Assembly (NCBI RefSeq): GCF_000143415.4
Contig: NW_003314346.1
Location: forward strand, 315,270 to 379,269
Source: Selaginella moellendorffii
Lineage: Eukaryota; Plantae; Lycopodiophyta
Length of the DNA: 64,000 bases
Direction: 5' to 3'
The notes beneath the pieces were generated by a model, which searched no databases, was not told where the DNA came from, and worked only from the letters and a program-made list of their open reading frames with translations. Positions within the stretch are counted from its first letter, which is position 1. The number at the start of each line of letters is the position of its first letter. Position numbers and translations under genes: made by a program. This document shows positions 50,921-64,000 of this stretch, in pieces.

Positions 50921-51779
50921 ACAACCTTGACACTCAAGGTTATCATTTTGATAGTTAGGACTCAGGAAGAAGTAGCAGTTGCCACCATATAGGAGTAGTT
51001 AAGGGGGAGAGTTAGCAATCGACCCCTATCCCTATCTCTATTGTATTTTAGCCTATCATCAATGCACATCCATTTTCTCAAGACTCGAAGTATTCTAGTG
51101 ATGTCAAGCCTATTCTTACTCACGATCTTCTTGGGGATTGAAGGTCTCAGGTTAGTTTCTAATCAGCTCGTGTGTTTGGTAACTTGTTCCAGGGAAAGGC
51201 TCATTATACCTATGTAAGATCAATGATATTAAAAGCCCTTTGTCATTCTGCAACTACAGCAGTAGTTTGGTGCAGCTAGTTGCAATCGCAAGCCAAACTA
51301 CACTAAAGATTTTCTCCTAGCTTTCACCAGGCAAAAATGTCCCTGTAATCTTTTAGTAGATTTATAGCTTGATTGCAAAATTCACTTTGTAATTTTTGAG
51401 CAATTATAATAGTATGCAGATAATCCTTATCTATTAAATTGATTTGCTCAAGTGGTTAATCACAAGAAATATGCAAAACAAAGTTTCTCTATTGATCCAT
51501 TTTATAGGCAGGATTCTCCTTTAAGGAGAAATCTCTTATACTTGTGTTGATCTTTAATCTAGGGGCTTCTTGCCTAAGTACTTCTTTGAGTATTGAATAG
51601 AGATTAACTTCTAAAATTGGCTTAATTTTAGAGAATGTTTCTAAAATTTTTAATTTTTTTAGAATTTGTTTAACCCTTCCTCCCAATTATAAAATTGAAT
51701 TTTAAGAGGTCTATTTTTCCTTTCCAACTATATGGTAAAAATAATGGGTATAGATCTTTTCTAGTTGCTCTACTCTATA

Positions 51780-52120
51780 CATAAGAAACCATTTTTCCAG
51801 TTTTGGTTTATATAAGAAATTTTTAGCCAAGATTTGCCTAGTAGAGTTTTGTAGGTAGAATCTCATCATATCATTTGAAACACAACATAATCAAATTTAT
51901 ACTTCAAGCTAGCCATTTTTAATAATTCTAATGGGTCTGACACTTTAATTATCAATAATTTTTACATTAAATGGGGCTAGTTAAATTGGGTTTAGGCCTA
52001 TTCTTTGCAAATATTCTCTTCCAGAATATTTATGCTTAAACCACCATCAATAAGAGTTCCAAATAATAAATTCTTGCCAATCTTTATATAGATTATAAGA
52101 ACTTCATCATCACAATCTCT
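51780..52120 (-). pseudogene. Decayed Gypsy aspartic protease relic
   Basis: Manual translation TLIDGGLSINILEE…APFNVKIID…TLLGKSWLK, with stops and frameshifts. Confidence 0.6.
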
Positions 52121-53351
52121 TAGCTTAATTACAATAGTTATAGATGGGAATAAAATTTCTTAAGCGAGAGTTCTCTAAGCAATATAACTCTAAAGTAAGA
52201 TGCTATAATGAGAAGTCGGATTAGAGTGAGTGTAATTCTAGCATTTAAAATGCCTTTCCCTGCCTTCCCATTCTTGTCATCTAGCTTTAGTATAAAATTT
52301 ATTTATTTTTGTGATAGTGGTAAATTCGTGTTAGCTTGTAAAGGCGTGAGACTCTTTATGTTAAAATCACTATTTTCCAAATTGACTTGTGGTTGCAAGT
52401 CTTGGAGTTGTTAAGTGATTTTGACGTTGATATTTTTCTTTTGGTGCCTGATGAAGAGGTAAATGTTTTTTTTTGTGTATCATCTAAGGCAAAGCAAAAG
52501 AAGAAAGCTAAGGCAAAATGAAATTATGCTTAAGCTTAGACATCCAAAGAAGAAAGACCCAACCTAAGCAATGTTCATTATAGACAAATATCAAATAGTT
52601 AAGAACAATAATAAAATCATATAATATATAAGTAGCACTTAGACGTGATGGAAAACAACCCCCACTTACTATTATATATATTTGCATTAATTTAACAATT
52701 TTTTCTCCCACTTATGACTATTTGTGCAAAGTAGAGTTGAGAAAGTGATATATGCTTATCCTTACATACGCTTTTGGGGTTTTAGGTTGAGTTATCTTCT
52801 ATTCTCTTCTCTCTTTTTTTTTTTTTTTTTCTTTTTCTTCTTTTCTCTACATTCTTGTTTTTGTTTATTTATCATTTTTTTGCTGGCAAGGGCAAGAACG
52901 TTTGTATAGAAGCTCTATTTCGTTAAAGTGGGAATTGTCATTATCCCACTTGTAAGATAAGGTTTCCAAACCTTTATATAGTATATAAATATAACAAAAT
53001 TCAACTGCATTGAGGCACATGCCATTTTATTTTAAACAAGGAAATGTCTACTCAATCACTTCTCCTCCCCCTGCCACTGCTTCACCTCTCTCTTCTCCTT
53101 GTCATCGTCGTCCAATTTCTTTCCATCCTTTTAATATTGGCTCAGTTGCTCCGAGTCTAGGTGGAGCCCAAGTCCCCATTCAATCTTTACTTTCCCATTA
53201 TTAATAAAACAACTTCGTAGACTTCCAATAACATGCTGTAACACTTCTAGTATAATGCAAATCCTCTCAAAAAATTGTCTTTTAATATTAATACAATGGC
53301 ATGGAACCCCATGCCATAATAAGTTACATTTTTAAATAAATACATGCCATC

Positions 53352-54412
53352 TCAGACTGTTATTTTTTGCCTCCAACGCCTATACAATAATCTTGGAATT
53401 TCATCACTCTTCTGCTTCAATTTCTCCACCCACTCATCAGATACTAGCCTGTGGTTGTATTTGCTTTGGATGTCGATACGGCTCACGTCGATTGTATATA
53501 CTTTGTTGGAATAGTAACAAGTACTATTATCTGCGACGATTTTTGCTGCCTCTTCTTGCTCTTTCTGCTCTTTGCGGCTCTTCTTTTTGGTGGGTGTAGT
53601 GTTCGAACCCGAGGCAATGGCATCACTGAGTAGCTTCTTTTTTGGAGCAGGAGAGTCGGACGTCGGCTTGAGCTTGACCACCCTTTTCTGCTTCGAGGTA
53701 GTTTCCAGATCGACCCCCTTCCCCTTTGCTTCGCGAACTGGAGTCACTCTCAACGGCTCAATGTTGGAATATAGTTTTTGAACATCGCCGTAGGTGAGGT
53801 CCGTGGATTCCATGTGATCTTCATAGACCCGCAGCGTCTTTGAAATTGTGGGCCTCCTGGACAACCTCTCCCTAGCTCCCTCTAGGAATTCCTCATTGCC
53901 GCTGCCCCCCTCCGGGAAGCCGCTAGGATGTGCAAGGTGGATCTTGAAGGCAGACGCTGTCTCTACCACAAGTGCCAGTCCATATTCTTGCATGGAACTG
54001 CATGGAGTGTCTGTCACTTGGATGAGGATCCCCATGCATTCTTTTCTCCCACCATCTGTGTTGTACAGCCTCAGATCCTCGCCTTCCATCCCGAAAGTCC
54101 AACTGGTGAGCTCCTCCCCCTTCTCTGCATCCACATTGACAGTGGCTGGAAGAAGAACGCAATTCCTCGCCTGTTCAGAAATGCACAACAATTAGAGCTG
54201 ACAGATGAAAAGCTAGTAGCTGGAAATAACGTGAGGCCACACACCATTCACCACTGCATCAGATGTCTTGAGGCTGCATCCTAAGATGGCGTGAGGCTAC
54301 ACGCCATCTGTAACCGGACTGCACTCGAGAGCCCAATCGGTGCATGCCAATGTTGCTACTGAATGGCATGTGGCCTCATGCCATTTTCTACTTGGCCTAA
54401 AAGACTTACCAT
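53352..54412 (-). pseudogene. Truncated cargo gene (N-terminus fused in frame to the last codons)
   Basis: ATG at 54410-54412, intron 54171-54409, exon ARNCVLL…WVEKLKQK|SDEIPRLLYRR. Lacks the equivalent of copy-1 7234-11780 (AGA microhomology). Confidence 0.8.
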
Positions 54413-56784
54413 TTGAAGCCGAATGGAGGCGTGACAACCGGACTCGCTGGCGAATGTGCACTGTGTGTGCAGCGGATCGTAGCAGCAAGGCTACTCTGCC
54501 ACTTACAGTTGGAGAGTGGCGCTGAAATCTCCCGGGACGCCAAGTGGGCTGCGTGTGGGTGGCGGAGTGGGCGGCGGAGTTGGCGGCGAAGTTACAAACT
54601 GGGTGTGTCTTGAAGTGGACGCCGATGCACACGAGCGCGAGTGTGATGCAAGCGCGAGTGGACGCCGATGCACACGAAAAACCTGTAGAGAAGTGGGAGC
54701 GCGAGTGGGAGCGCGATGCGAGCGCGAGTGTGCGAGCGCGAGTACGAAGCAAAATGCAAAACCTAACCTCACACGTGCGAAATGTCACGACGGTTGGTAA
54801 TCCCGCCACGTCATCATTTCTCGGACTTGGGCGCCACCATTAATTTCTGGATCGGCGCGCGCATGCGTGAAATCCAAAAGAAATCCGCAACGTCATCATT
54901 CCTCGGACTGCATACACGTGAAATCCAAAAGAAAGATCATGATTGGGATATCATTTAATACCCTCGCTATATTTATACCATGCATGATTGGATATTCCAA
55001 AGCATCTTGTATTTCCAAAAATGCCAGATGTTCAGCTAAATAAATTGTTAGAGGATTTGATGTGACGTTCAAGCATGTGGGCTCATGCAATTTTGATCCC
55101 AAAAAATGCTCGGCGTCATCTGGCGTTATCTCTTGAATGGCGTGGGGCGCATGCCATTTTCAGGAGCACATAGGAGTATATTCCTAGAATATTCTCACAC
55201 GCGCGAGATTGTTTTGAGTTTCCTGGAGATCCAACCGTTAGATCGCAACTAGATTTTACAGAATGGTATACAATGTCCTTCTTGATGACCCTGCAAAGAA
55301 GCATCTCGATCGGACACCACATGAGACCACACGAGCCTTACAATGTTTCAGGGGCATTTGCCATAGATCCGACCGTTATTTTGCTCCAAGATTCTACAGT
55401 TTGGTGTGCATTGACCTTTCCATCGACACTGCAAAGGGACATCACAATCAGATGCGGGATCACAAGAAACCAACTTCACTAACTCTGGTTTCACCAAGAT
55501 CTACGTAAGGAGTTATGAAATGAAAGGACCCTCTCTATTGAAATGTGTTTATGGTCCTAGGGGCATTGTGACATATCAAAGGATTTTGCATCAAGTTCTG
55601 TATTTGCATGTTTATCAGGCTACTGAATTGCTAAACCCTAAACCCTAAACCCTAACCCTAAACATGTGGCAAATGCTGCGTGAAGAAATATGCCCTTTCT
55701 GGGCAAATGCTGTAAGAGGCAGATGCCGAGCAGATGTATCTCAGGCCAGCGAAGGGGACAAACGAAAGCTAGCTATAAACATGACGGGATGCAAATAGAT
55801 TACTAGGCTGGTCCTGCGAAAATCAAAAACCATAATTGAAAACATTGAAAATGCAAAAAGAAAGGTTTATAATATTTTTGAATTTTAAGCAACCAAATGA
55901 ATGTAAGTAGGGCATGTGTTTGTAAGTTTAAAAATGCCTCAACCACTTAAATTCCCAAGTAAATAAAGCTGTTTCTATTTTTGGTACAGGTAAACTTTAT
56001 AGCGTGTGGGCTCATGCAATTTTGAACCCAAAAATGCACCAAAAAATGCTCGACTAGCATTATTCTTTGAATGGCGTGTGGCCTTATATTGCCATAAATG
56101 GACGTACACACACAGCATAATTATTCCTTTACATGGCGAATAATCTTGGCGCGGATCGCTGACATGGCATGGCAAAGTTCGAATCACTAACATGGCACAG
56201 CTGGATCGAGGCAAGGACATGATGTGACAAAGTTCAACCTCCGACAGCAAAGTCTAGAAGCTACTCAGTTTGAAATTTGTCAGAGGAATCATAAGATCTG
56301 GTTTGTCAGAGGATTTGATGTGACGTTCAAGCGTGTGTTATTTTTGAATTCTCGAACTCATTCCTAGGTCTATCATTTTTGTGCGCCGTGTTCTTGGTTC
56401 CGCTGAGCGCAGTGAGCGCTGCTTGTGTAAGCGGCGTTGTGAGCTGTGGTTTATGTGTCTACAAGCGGTTGCGGCATTGCGAGCGCCATTGCGAGCGGCA
56501 GTTTATGCGAGTGGCAGTTTGTGCGAGCGGCGCTACGAGCAGTTGCGGTGTTGCGAGCGGCGCTACGAGTAGTTGCGGTGTTGCGAGCGGCACTGTCTTT
56601 GGTGTGGCTACCGCTTCCTCTTGATATTCGGCACTTGTGCTTCCTGGTATGTTCACCATGGAATGGTTTAGGACCACATTTAGAAATGGCATGAGGCCAC
56701 ATGCCATCTTGGGCCCTTGCAATTTCATGGCTAGCGTATTGTCATGTATGTTTTTACTTGCCTGCAGCTATGTGTATATCAAGA

Positions 56785-56974
56785 TGGCATGAGGCCTCAT
56801 GCCATCTTTGGCCCCTGCTAGCCTATTGCCATATTCCTTTTGCCTTGCTGCAACTGTATATATTTTTGTATGGGTGACTAGGCACGCACACAAAAATATA
56901 TACAGTTGCAACAAGGCAAAAGGAATATAGCAACAGGCTAGCAGGGGCCAAAGATAGCGTGAGGCCTCATGCCA
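56785..56974. repeat. 190-bp near-perfect fold-back bounded by dyad motifs
   Basis: Arms of ~92 bp with few mismatches around centre GTGACTAGGCAC. Absent from copy 1. Confidence 0.9.
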
Positions 56975-57163
56975 TTAGTGGTACCACTAATGGCATGAGG
57001 GCTCATCCCAATTTTGTGAATGCGAAATTTCACGTGGGTGTCAATAGCATGTTTGAATAATGGCATGTGGCCTCATGCTATTGAGGTTGTTTGGTATGTT
57101 ATGATTTAGGCCATTCTCCAATCATTTTTTGTATGGTCTTAACTTCTTTTCTGCACTTTCAGA

Positions 57164-60100
57164 ATGGCCTTCAGGGTTGGGGAAAAGGTTTACATTTTGA
57201 ATGGTGGGAAGAGAGTTGCAAAAGGGACCCTTGTGTCTATGGATCGGAACTTTGTTATACACTGTCAAAGGCTTGGGGAAGGCAATGCTGCTGTATCAGT
57301 AGAGACTGTCTTCGATGGGAATGTGGTCGCTATTGAACGAGGAGAGATGGTCGTCGGGGTAAATGTTGTTGTTGCCTTGAAAAATCTGCAGAAGAAAGCA
57401 GATGTTGGGGACAGCGCAAGTGCGACGCATGTTCCCTCCGTGGATCTTAAGAACCGTGCTACATGGATTCAGGCAAAGGTGTTTCTAAACAACCCCGAGG
57501 GGGAGGTGGTAGCTGAGGGCTTAGCCACAGTTGTCGATCCAAGAGATGCGGTTGCTAATCAAGAATTGGGCTGGGATGATATTGGAGTTGCGATTTTAGA
57601 GGTTGTTGACACAGAAGAAAATAGTCTGACTATTGGAAGCATTGTGCGGTGGAAATTGAGGCACTTAGTGTTTGAGAATGTGAAGGATTCACAATCAAAC
57701 ACCACTACAACTGATGACAGAACATCTCTTCATGGGAAAAGAAAGTACACCTTCCTAAAGCGCAGCCAAAGGGATCTAAGCAACGAACCGAAAAGGCAGA
57801 AAATGGCGATGGAGGTTCGAATGGTCTCGACAGTTGCTTGTTGCAAGAGGAGGTGCTGTCAACATGCTGATTGGGATGCTATTGAAGAGGAGAGAGCAAG
57901 ATACAAGACATTGTCCTAGAAGGCAGCTCGCAATTTTGTGTATGAGGCATTACGGTCATCTGTTGATGCTTCAGAACATCAGGTGGGGGGCATGGTCTTC
58001 CAGAGGGGTTTGGTCTGCATGAAGGCATGGAGAATCATTTATGGAGTCCCTCGAACCACATTCTACAGAATCAAAACTGAGTTCGAGGAACAAAGGGTTC
58101 AACAGGCAGTCCATGGGAACGACGGTATGCACAAAACCAGGGGTCATGTTGTATATGGAGAGGCAATCTTCAAAAGGTTTGTCGAGACATGTAGCGAGCA
58201 GCAACCACATAAAACCCGCCTCTTGGAAGATGGAACACGAGACACCCAACGAGTTCTCCCTTCCATGTATACCAAGGGGGCCATATTGGAAGATGTGAAT
58301 CGGGAACTCCAGAGTAATGGCTACAGGAAGCTGAGCCAATCTAGATTTAGTAGATTGTGGAGCAACAGGTTCAGGGATGTGAGTATAGGAAAGTACTCCA
58401 GCTTTTCAAAGTGTGACGAGTGCACTGCTATCAAAATGGCTTTGTCGAAGAATTCTTGCAGCGCTCAAGAGCGAGAGACGTTGGTTAGAAGGCGGCTCGA
58501 CCACAACATCGAGCAGAGAAGCTGCAGGACTGCATATTATCATAACAGGATTCTCTCCATGGAGAGACCTGACTCTTACCTCTGCATCATCCACGACAAA
58601 ATGGACCGGAAAAAGACGTGCTTACCTCGACTCAATCCTGCCCCCAAGGCAATCTCTTCATCCATGCAGCTGCCTGTGTCTCTGTTTGGCATAATCGCTC
58701 ATGGGCATGGTGCCCAGAACTATGGGAACTTCTTTGTACCTCTATGGGGTGGCGGGGGTGCAAACATGATGATTGCGTCCCTAGCAAAACACTTAAGGTC
58801 TCTGCAAAGTGCGCAGACTGAGCTGAACGGCCAACCCTTGCATAAGGCCCTTGTCGATCGAACCCCATACAGGGTTCAGCTGGAGGAGGAGCAAAGGCTT
58901 GCAGTATCGCGTGGGGCCCCATGCCATCCCAGTGAATATGTTGGCCGTCAGATTGTAGGGTTATCACGTGAGGCCTCATGCCATTCCGACGAGGCTGGTC
59001 GCTCGGTGAATGCACAGCCTCATCCAAACGAAGCAGAATCTCAAGGAAGTTCTTGCGGCCGATGTGGCCTTCCACCCCATCTTCTGCTCCAAACAGACAA
59101 TGCTGGCAGTGAGAACAAAAACATGTACGTCTTCGCGTACTTGGCGATGCTTGTTGCCAAAGGCATATTTGAAACGGTTACACTTGGCTTTCTCATGGTT
59201 GGGCACACTCATGAAGACGTCGATGCCATGTTCAGTCACCTGGCAGAGTCCCTCCGGCGATCCAATGTCCTCACCCTCCCACAACTCTACGATGAATTCC
59301 AAAATTGCATCAAAGGCACTGTTGAAGCTGCACTTGTGACAGAGGTTCCAGACTTTAAGGGGTTTGTAAGAGGCTACATCAGGGACGGATCCGAAACGCT
59401 GATTGGCCACTCCAAGCCTCTTCAGTTTCATTTCAGCATGCGTGACGGTGCTCCAGTGATGAGGTACAAGATGAGAGAATGGGACACAGTGTGGCTGCCA
59501 GTGGACGGCATTGAACTCTTCAAGAGAGATCCCATAACTGGGGAACCTATGATTCCTCAGGGTTCCCCACGGCCGATGCACCCGGATGGACTCAAAGACC
59601 AGGAAAGTATAGTGGCCGGGATTAGATAGCATATTGCCTTCTGGAAGAGGGGGTTGGTGTTTGGTGGAGAATCCTATTTTAAGAGGTGCAAGCCTTTGCT
59701 CGAATACTGGGAGAAGATTATATCTGCTATCCAAAATGGGCCGGTTGTATATGAAGAATTGGAAGAGTCCTTTTGGCCAGAACCCAGAGCACCAGATAGT
59801 AGCGGAACAATGTCCTCTGGAAATGCAGTGACAGATAACGATGTTGAGGATCACTATTGTGGGCCGAGGAACAAGAAGCTGGATTCAGCATTCAATCCAA
59901 TACAGGTCTGCAAAGGAATGGTCGTGCTTGTCAGACCCAGTAATAAAAAACAAATGATATGGGTGGGGCGCTGCATCACTGATGCAGAGGAGGACGCGGA
60001 AACTAACTCCTTCAATGTAACTGTGGAGTGGTTCAAGCCAAGTTCCGGATATACGAAGGATTGCCTAGAAAAGAGATGGGTGCTAAATCCAAGGGATCCC

Positions 60101-60232
60101 AGCATGAGCATATCGGTGGATAATGTTGTGTATGGTTGGATGCGGAAGCAGAGTGCCACCATCACCTTGCCAGACCATGCAAGAGATGCAGCAAGAGCAT
60201 TCATAACCCGGGTTCAAGGTGAGATCCATTAA
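57164..60232 (+). pseudogene. Sola2-type DDD transposase, stops at 57917 and 59627
   Basis: Same 3069-bp frame as 864-3932. The stops correspond to TGG and CAG in copy 1. Acceptor TTTCAG lies immediately before the ATG (5' UTR intron). Confidence 0.87.
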
Positions 60233-60714
60233 TATTCCTTTACTAAGTTTCTAATGTATTTTATTTCAAGGTGAACAATCCGAATCTGAATCAGAGGAGG
60301 CATGTGGCCTTACGCCATTCCTAGGTGAGATGATACAAATAACAAGTATAAATTCTTAGTTGTTCTAGCAAATCTTACTTAAAGTTCAAGGTGAACAAGC
60401 CGAATATGAATTCATCGGATTGTTATAACAAATTGCGAGGTGATGGCATGAGGCGATACGCCATTTGAGAGTGGTAGCCATTCCTATATGAGGTGAGTGA
60501 AATATTTATTAGAAATACCTCATTCAATTGTGCACTTCTAAGTCTTGGTCCACTTAGTACTGTTTGCATGTTTCTATTTTAATTCTTTCTCTAAAATGTT
60601 ATTTAGCATGTGGCTTCATGCCATTGCTCTCCACAATCATGCATTGAATTTTTCTATCCTTGCATAATACTTCTCCATATATATAGCATGTGCGCACATG
60701 TGATATGGTTCATT

Positions 60715-61205
60715 NNNNNNNNNNNNNNNNNNNNNNNNNNNNNNNNNNNNNNNNNNNNNNNNNNNNNNNNNNNNNNNNNNNNNNNNNNNNNNNNNNNNNN
60801 NNNNNNNNNNNNNNNNNNNNNNNNNNNNNNNNNNNNNNNNNNNNNNNNNNNNNNNNNNNNNNNNNNNNNNNNNNNNNNNNNNNNNNNNNNNNNNNNNNNN
60901 NNNNNNNNNNNNNNNNNNNNNNNNNNNNNNNNNNNNNNNNNNNNNNNNNNNNNNNNNNNNNNNNNNNNNNNNNNNNNNNNNNNNNNNNNNNNNNNNNNNN
61001 NNNNNNNNNNNNNNNNNNNNNNNNNNNNNNNNNNNNNNNNNNNNNNNNNNNNNNNNNNNNNNNNNNNNNNNNNNNNNNNNNNNNNNNNNNNNNNNNNNNN
61101 NNNNNNNNNNNNNNNNNNNNNNNNNNNNNNNNNNNNNNNNNNNNNNNNNNNNNNNNNNNNNNNNNNNNNNNNNNNNNNNNNNNNNNNNNNNNNNNNNNNN
61201 NNNNN
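60715..61205. other. Assembly gap (N run)
   Basis: Run of N. Confidence 1.
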
Positions 61206-62777
61206 GCGTGTGCCCTCATGCCATTTACTTGAGGAGGCGTGATGACATGTGCCCCTTTGCACTAGTATATCTTAATACCGGTCTGAGAAATAGAATGGCA
61301 TGTGCCCTCAAGCCTTTTACTAAATCACCTTTGAAAGAAATGCAAGCCTCTATGTCGTAAAAAAAAGGTACTAGAGAAATTCCTTAATAATATGAATGTT
61401 ATTTAGTTTCATGAAAATACACTAAGGGTCAAATGAGTTAAATGACTTCTCCAGACTAGCAATGCCTCTTGCTACACCTTCACAATTAGATTCGTTAGAA
61501 AAAGATAACATTGAATAATATCTAAATGTTCTCACCATTAAGTTATATGTCTGGCTAATAGGAATGACGTTCATCTTGGAAAGCTCACCACACGCTCAAT
61601 GAACAAACAAATAGTGTGTGCGCGCATGCCATCGCTCTTCTTTAGCTTCAGATTCGGCTTGTTCACCTTGACAATGAGATTTATTATACAACCAGATGGA
61701 CTCAGTCTGGACACAAAGTCACCGCGCTAGTCACCATGCCCCAGATATGTCTAGCCCCTGGACAAAAAACATATAATTTCACGTCATTTTCAAATACTTG
61801 AAAATTTGTACCTAGTCCCATTTTACTGAATAAATCCCACTTTAACGAAATAGAGCTTATAGGCAGAAAATACTTTACTCACTTTTGGCAACTATGGAAT
61901 TCACAAACGATTTTCTCCTAATTTTTTTTCAAGCAAAAGAGTGATTGCTTATTGCACTAAATATGCCCAACTAGAAATCACAAATAGATCTCTTTAATGA
62001 TTGTAGAAGCCTTGACCCCAAACAACACTGAAAGAAGAAATTCTTTTTGCGATTGCAATGGCTTAGTGCCCAAATAACACAAGAAAGATAGTTTTTCCAC
62101 CATCACCAAAGCCACAGAGCATGGGATAAGTTTGAAATTGGAATTCGACATAAATTGCCAAGAAACTCAAGTTCAAAGTTGAGTTTCAAAACAGTGATTC
62201 AAAATTATTTTTTTTCTTTTGAGGAGGGGATAAAAATGATGTGGAGGACGAACAAAATGAATCTAACTTCTCATATGTAGTGTTGGACAAGGACAAATAT
62301 CATGAATCCAAGTTAACACATGTCTCAAATATTGACCGAAGGGAAAATATAAAGGTAGAATCTAATTATGGTCATGAGTTCAAGTTAATAGTGGTCTTGG
62401 AGGATTATTGATAGGAGACTTAAAATTGGGATGTATTGTTTGCCACAATAAAGCTTTATAGATTATAGTGGCTCTCAAAGTCCCTTGCTTTAGTTTAAAA
62501 TTATGGTTTTGAGGTTGGTTCAAGCATTTAATAGTTATATATAGAGTTGCAACTAATTTATTACGATTTTATAATTGATTAATATTTGTATCATAGCTTT
62601 GGGTTTTGTTCCATTATGGTTGTTATTATATTAGTGGTTTTATAGAAGTTTTAAATTCTTATAGTAATCTATAATCACCCAAAAAAAACTTTAAATGTTT
62701 CACCTAACTTATCATTATTACATTTTCATCTTCCAAAAGGGAAGATAGTGTATATGTATATATATATATATATATAT

Positions 62778-64000
62778 TGTGAGTGCTTGGAATATGGAAA
62801 GAGAATACAGAAAATATATATATCAATTAGCCCAATAACCTTAGTTTATATATAGGAGCGAGTGGTCCGAATTGAAACCAATCCGACGGCTACCAAAATC
62901 CCACTACACTAATATTATTATGTGGTATTGTAGCCATACACTTGGCCCTCACATCATCCCCTCCTTTTGGAATAACGGAAGACCATTAGGGTTCTCTTGT
63001 AGATGGGCCAGGATCTAGAGGAATGTCAGGAGGAGGTATCAATGGATCTGTATGTGGTATTAATTGCTCTTGATCCCTTGGTATGATGCGTTTCAATTGT
63101 TGCACATGCACAATCTGTAAAGGATCGGCCTATTAGACATCATGACGAACCTCATAAACTTGCGGTCCAGCTTGCCACAACACCCGATACAGTCCTTTCC
63201 ACTAAGCAAGGAGCCCCTTAGATAAACCATGTACTGTAAGATGGGGAAAACAGACTAACACCAAGTCATCCACTTTGTACTCTGCAAGTGGATGATGATT
63301 GGAGTTGTAGTGTCGTTGTTGTCCCACTTATATGCGGCCTAAATGTTTAGTAGACTCCGCTCGAACAAGTGGAAGAATGCTCGTCAAATACTGATCCCAT
63401 GACCTAGCATCGGCAACTCGTGGCAATTGTAAAGGTAAACCCAACTCTATCAGTAATATTGGATCATAACCATATAAAATTTTATATGGTGAAGCACCAA
63501 CAGAACTCTGAACCCCTATGACGTATGCATACTGAAGAGACGGCAAATAACCATCCCAATCCGAATGTTGAAAGTTCACATACTTCGCAATCATCCCTTT
63601 GAATGTCTGAACAAACCATTCCACCAGACTGTCTAATTGTGGATGATAAGCACTTATGAAAGTGTGGCGTATCCCCAACCGAGACGTCAAAACATGAAAG
63701 GCCTTAGCCATAAATGCGGGACCATTATCTGAAAGAATCTGCTCTAGACAAGAATGCTGGAACACCACTCGATTGAGGAGGAAGTATCCAACAGCAATTG
63801 CAAAGGCACTAGCAAGAGCACCAACTTCCACCTACTGAATCAAATAGTCAAAAACAATAATAACATACTCATTGCCAGTAGTCTACAGTGGAAAAAGATC
63901 CTATAAGATCAAATGCCACCAACTCAAATGGACAGGAAACTGCAATTGACTCCAACCATCCTTCCCCAGCACGAGGGGGAGTATTACGAGTTTGGCACCA
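62778..64000 (-). mobile_element. Gypsy 3' LTR (62778-62953), PPT and decayed integrase, same family as 20991-26004; runs off window
   Basis: 176-bp LTR reverse complement next to a (TA)n tract. Integrase SDNGPAF…YHPQLD in ORF 63328-63831. Confidence 0.9.

Larger units (their letters stand above)
53005..61631. repeat. Dispersed 20-bp dyad TGGCRTG-N6-CAYGCCA, copy 2 set
   Basis: Copies at about 53005, 53297, 54227, 54287, 54364, 55071, 55138, 56000, 56687, 56785, 56955, 56991, 57061, 58907, 58964, 60298, 60444, 60605, 60684, 61206, 61296 and 61612. Confidence 0.9.
52910..61858 (+). mobile_element. Sola2-like DNA transposon, copy 2 (both TIRs; cargo gene internally deleted)
   Basis: Perfect 24-bp TIRs at 52910-52933 and 61835-61858. 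4-bp TSD ATAG at 52906-52909 and 61859-61862. Confidence 0.92.

Noticed and set aside
60610-61262. ORFs made of X
   Set aside because: Artefacts of the N gap.

Overview
This is a repeat-dense plant genomic window. Evidence for a plant host includes TTTAGGG telomere-type repeats, GT-AG introns, Ty3/Gypsy and TRIM elements, and one S-protein-homolog gene; a non-seed plant is my inference. Almost all of it is nested transposons. (1) Two inverted copies of a Sola2-like DNA transposon lie at 175-11885 (right end lost) and 52910-61858 (24-bp TIRs, 4-bp TSD ATAG). Each has a 1022-aa DDD transposase and a divergent multi-exon cargo gene reading ParB/Srx-like, amino-methyltransferase-like, acidic linker, FCP1/NIF-like; the right copy lost most of it. 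The element carries about 17-20 dispersed 20-bp dyads TGGCRTG-N6-CAYGCCA per copy. (2) A decayed Mutator-like element (~30416-46987) independently carries a divergent ParB-like plus beta-class-MTase-like cargo gene. (3) Two Gypsy families are present: one copy has mismatched LTRs, one borrowed from a TRIM; the other family makes 4-bp TSDs with a tRNA-Ala PBS. (4) There is also a young non-coding 7.6-kb LTR element, TRIMs and solo LTRs. (5) One intact host-type gene encodes a secreted S1/SPH-family protein. The best novel-system candidate is a ParB/parS-like self-recognition or anti-silencing module carried by plant DNA transposons of two unrelated superfamilies. All domain calls come from motif recognition by eye and need HMM or structure confirmation.
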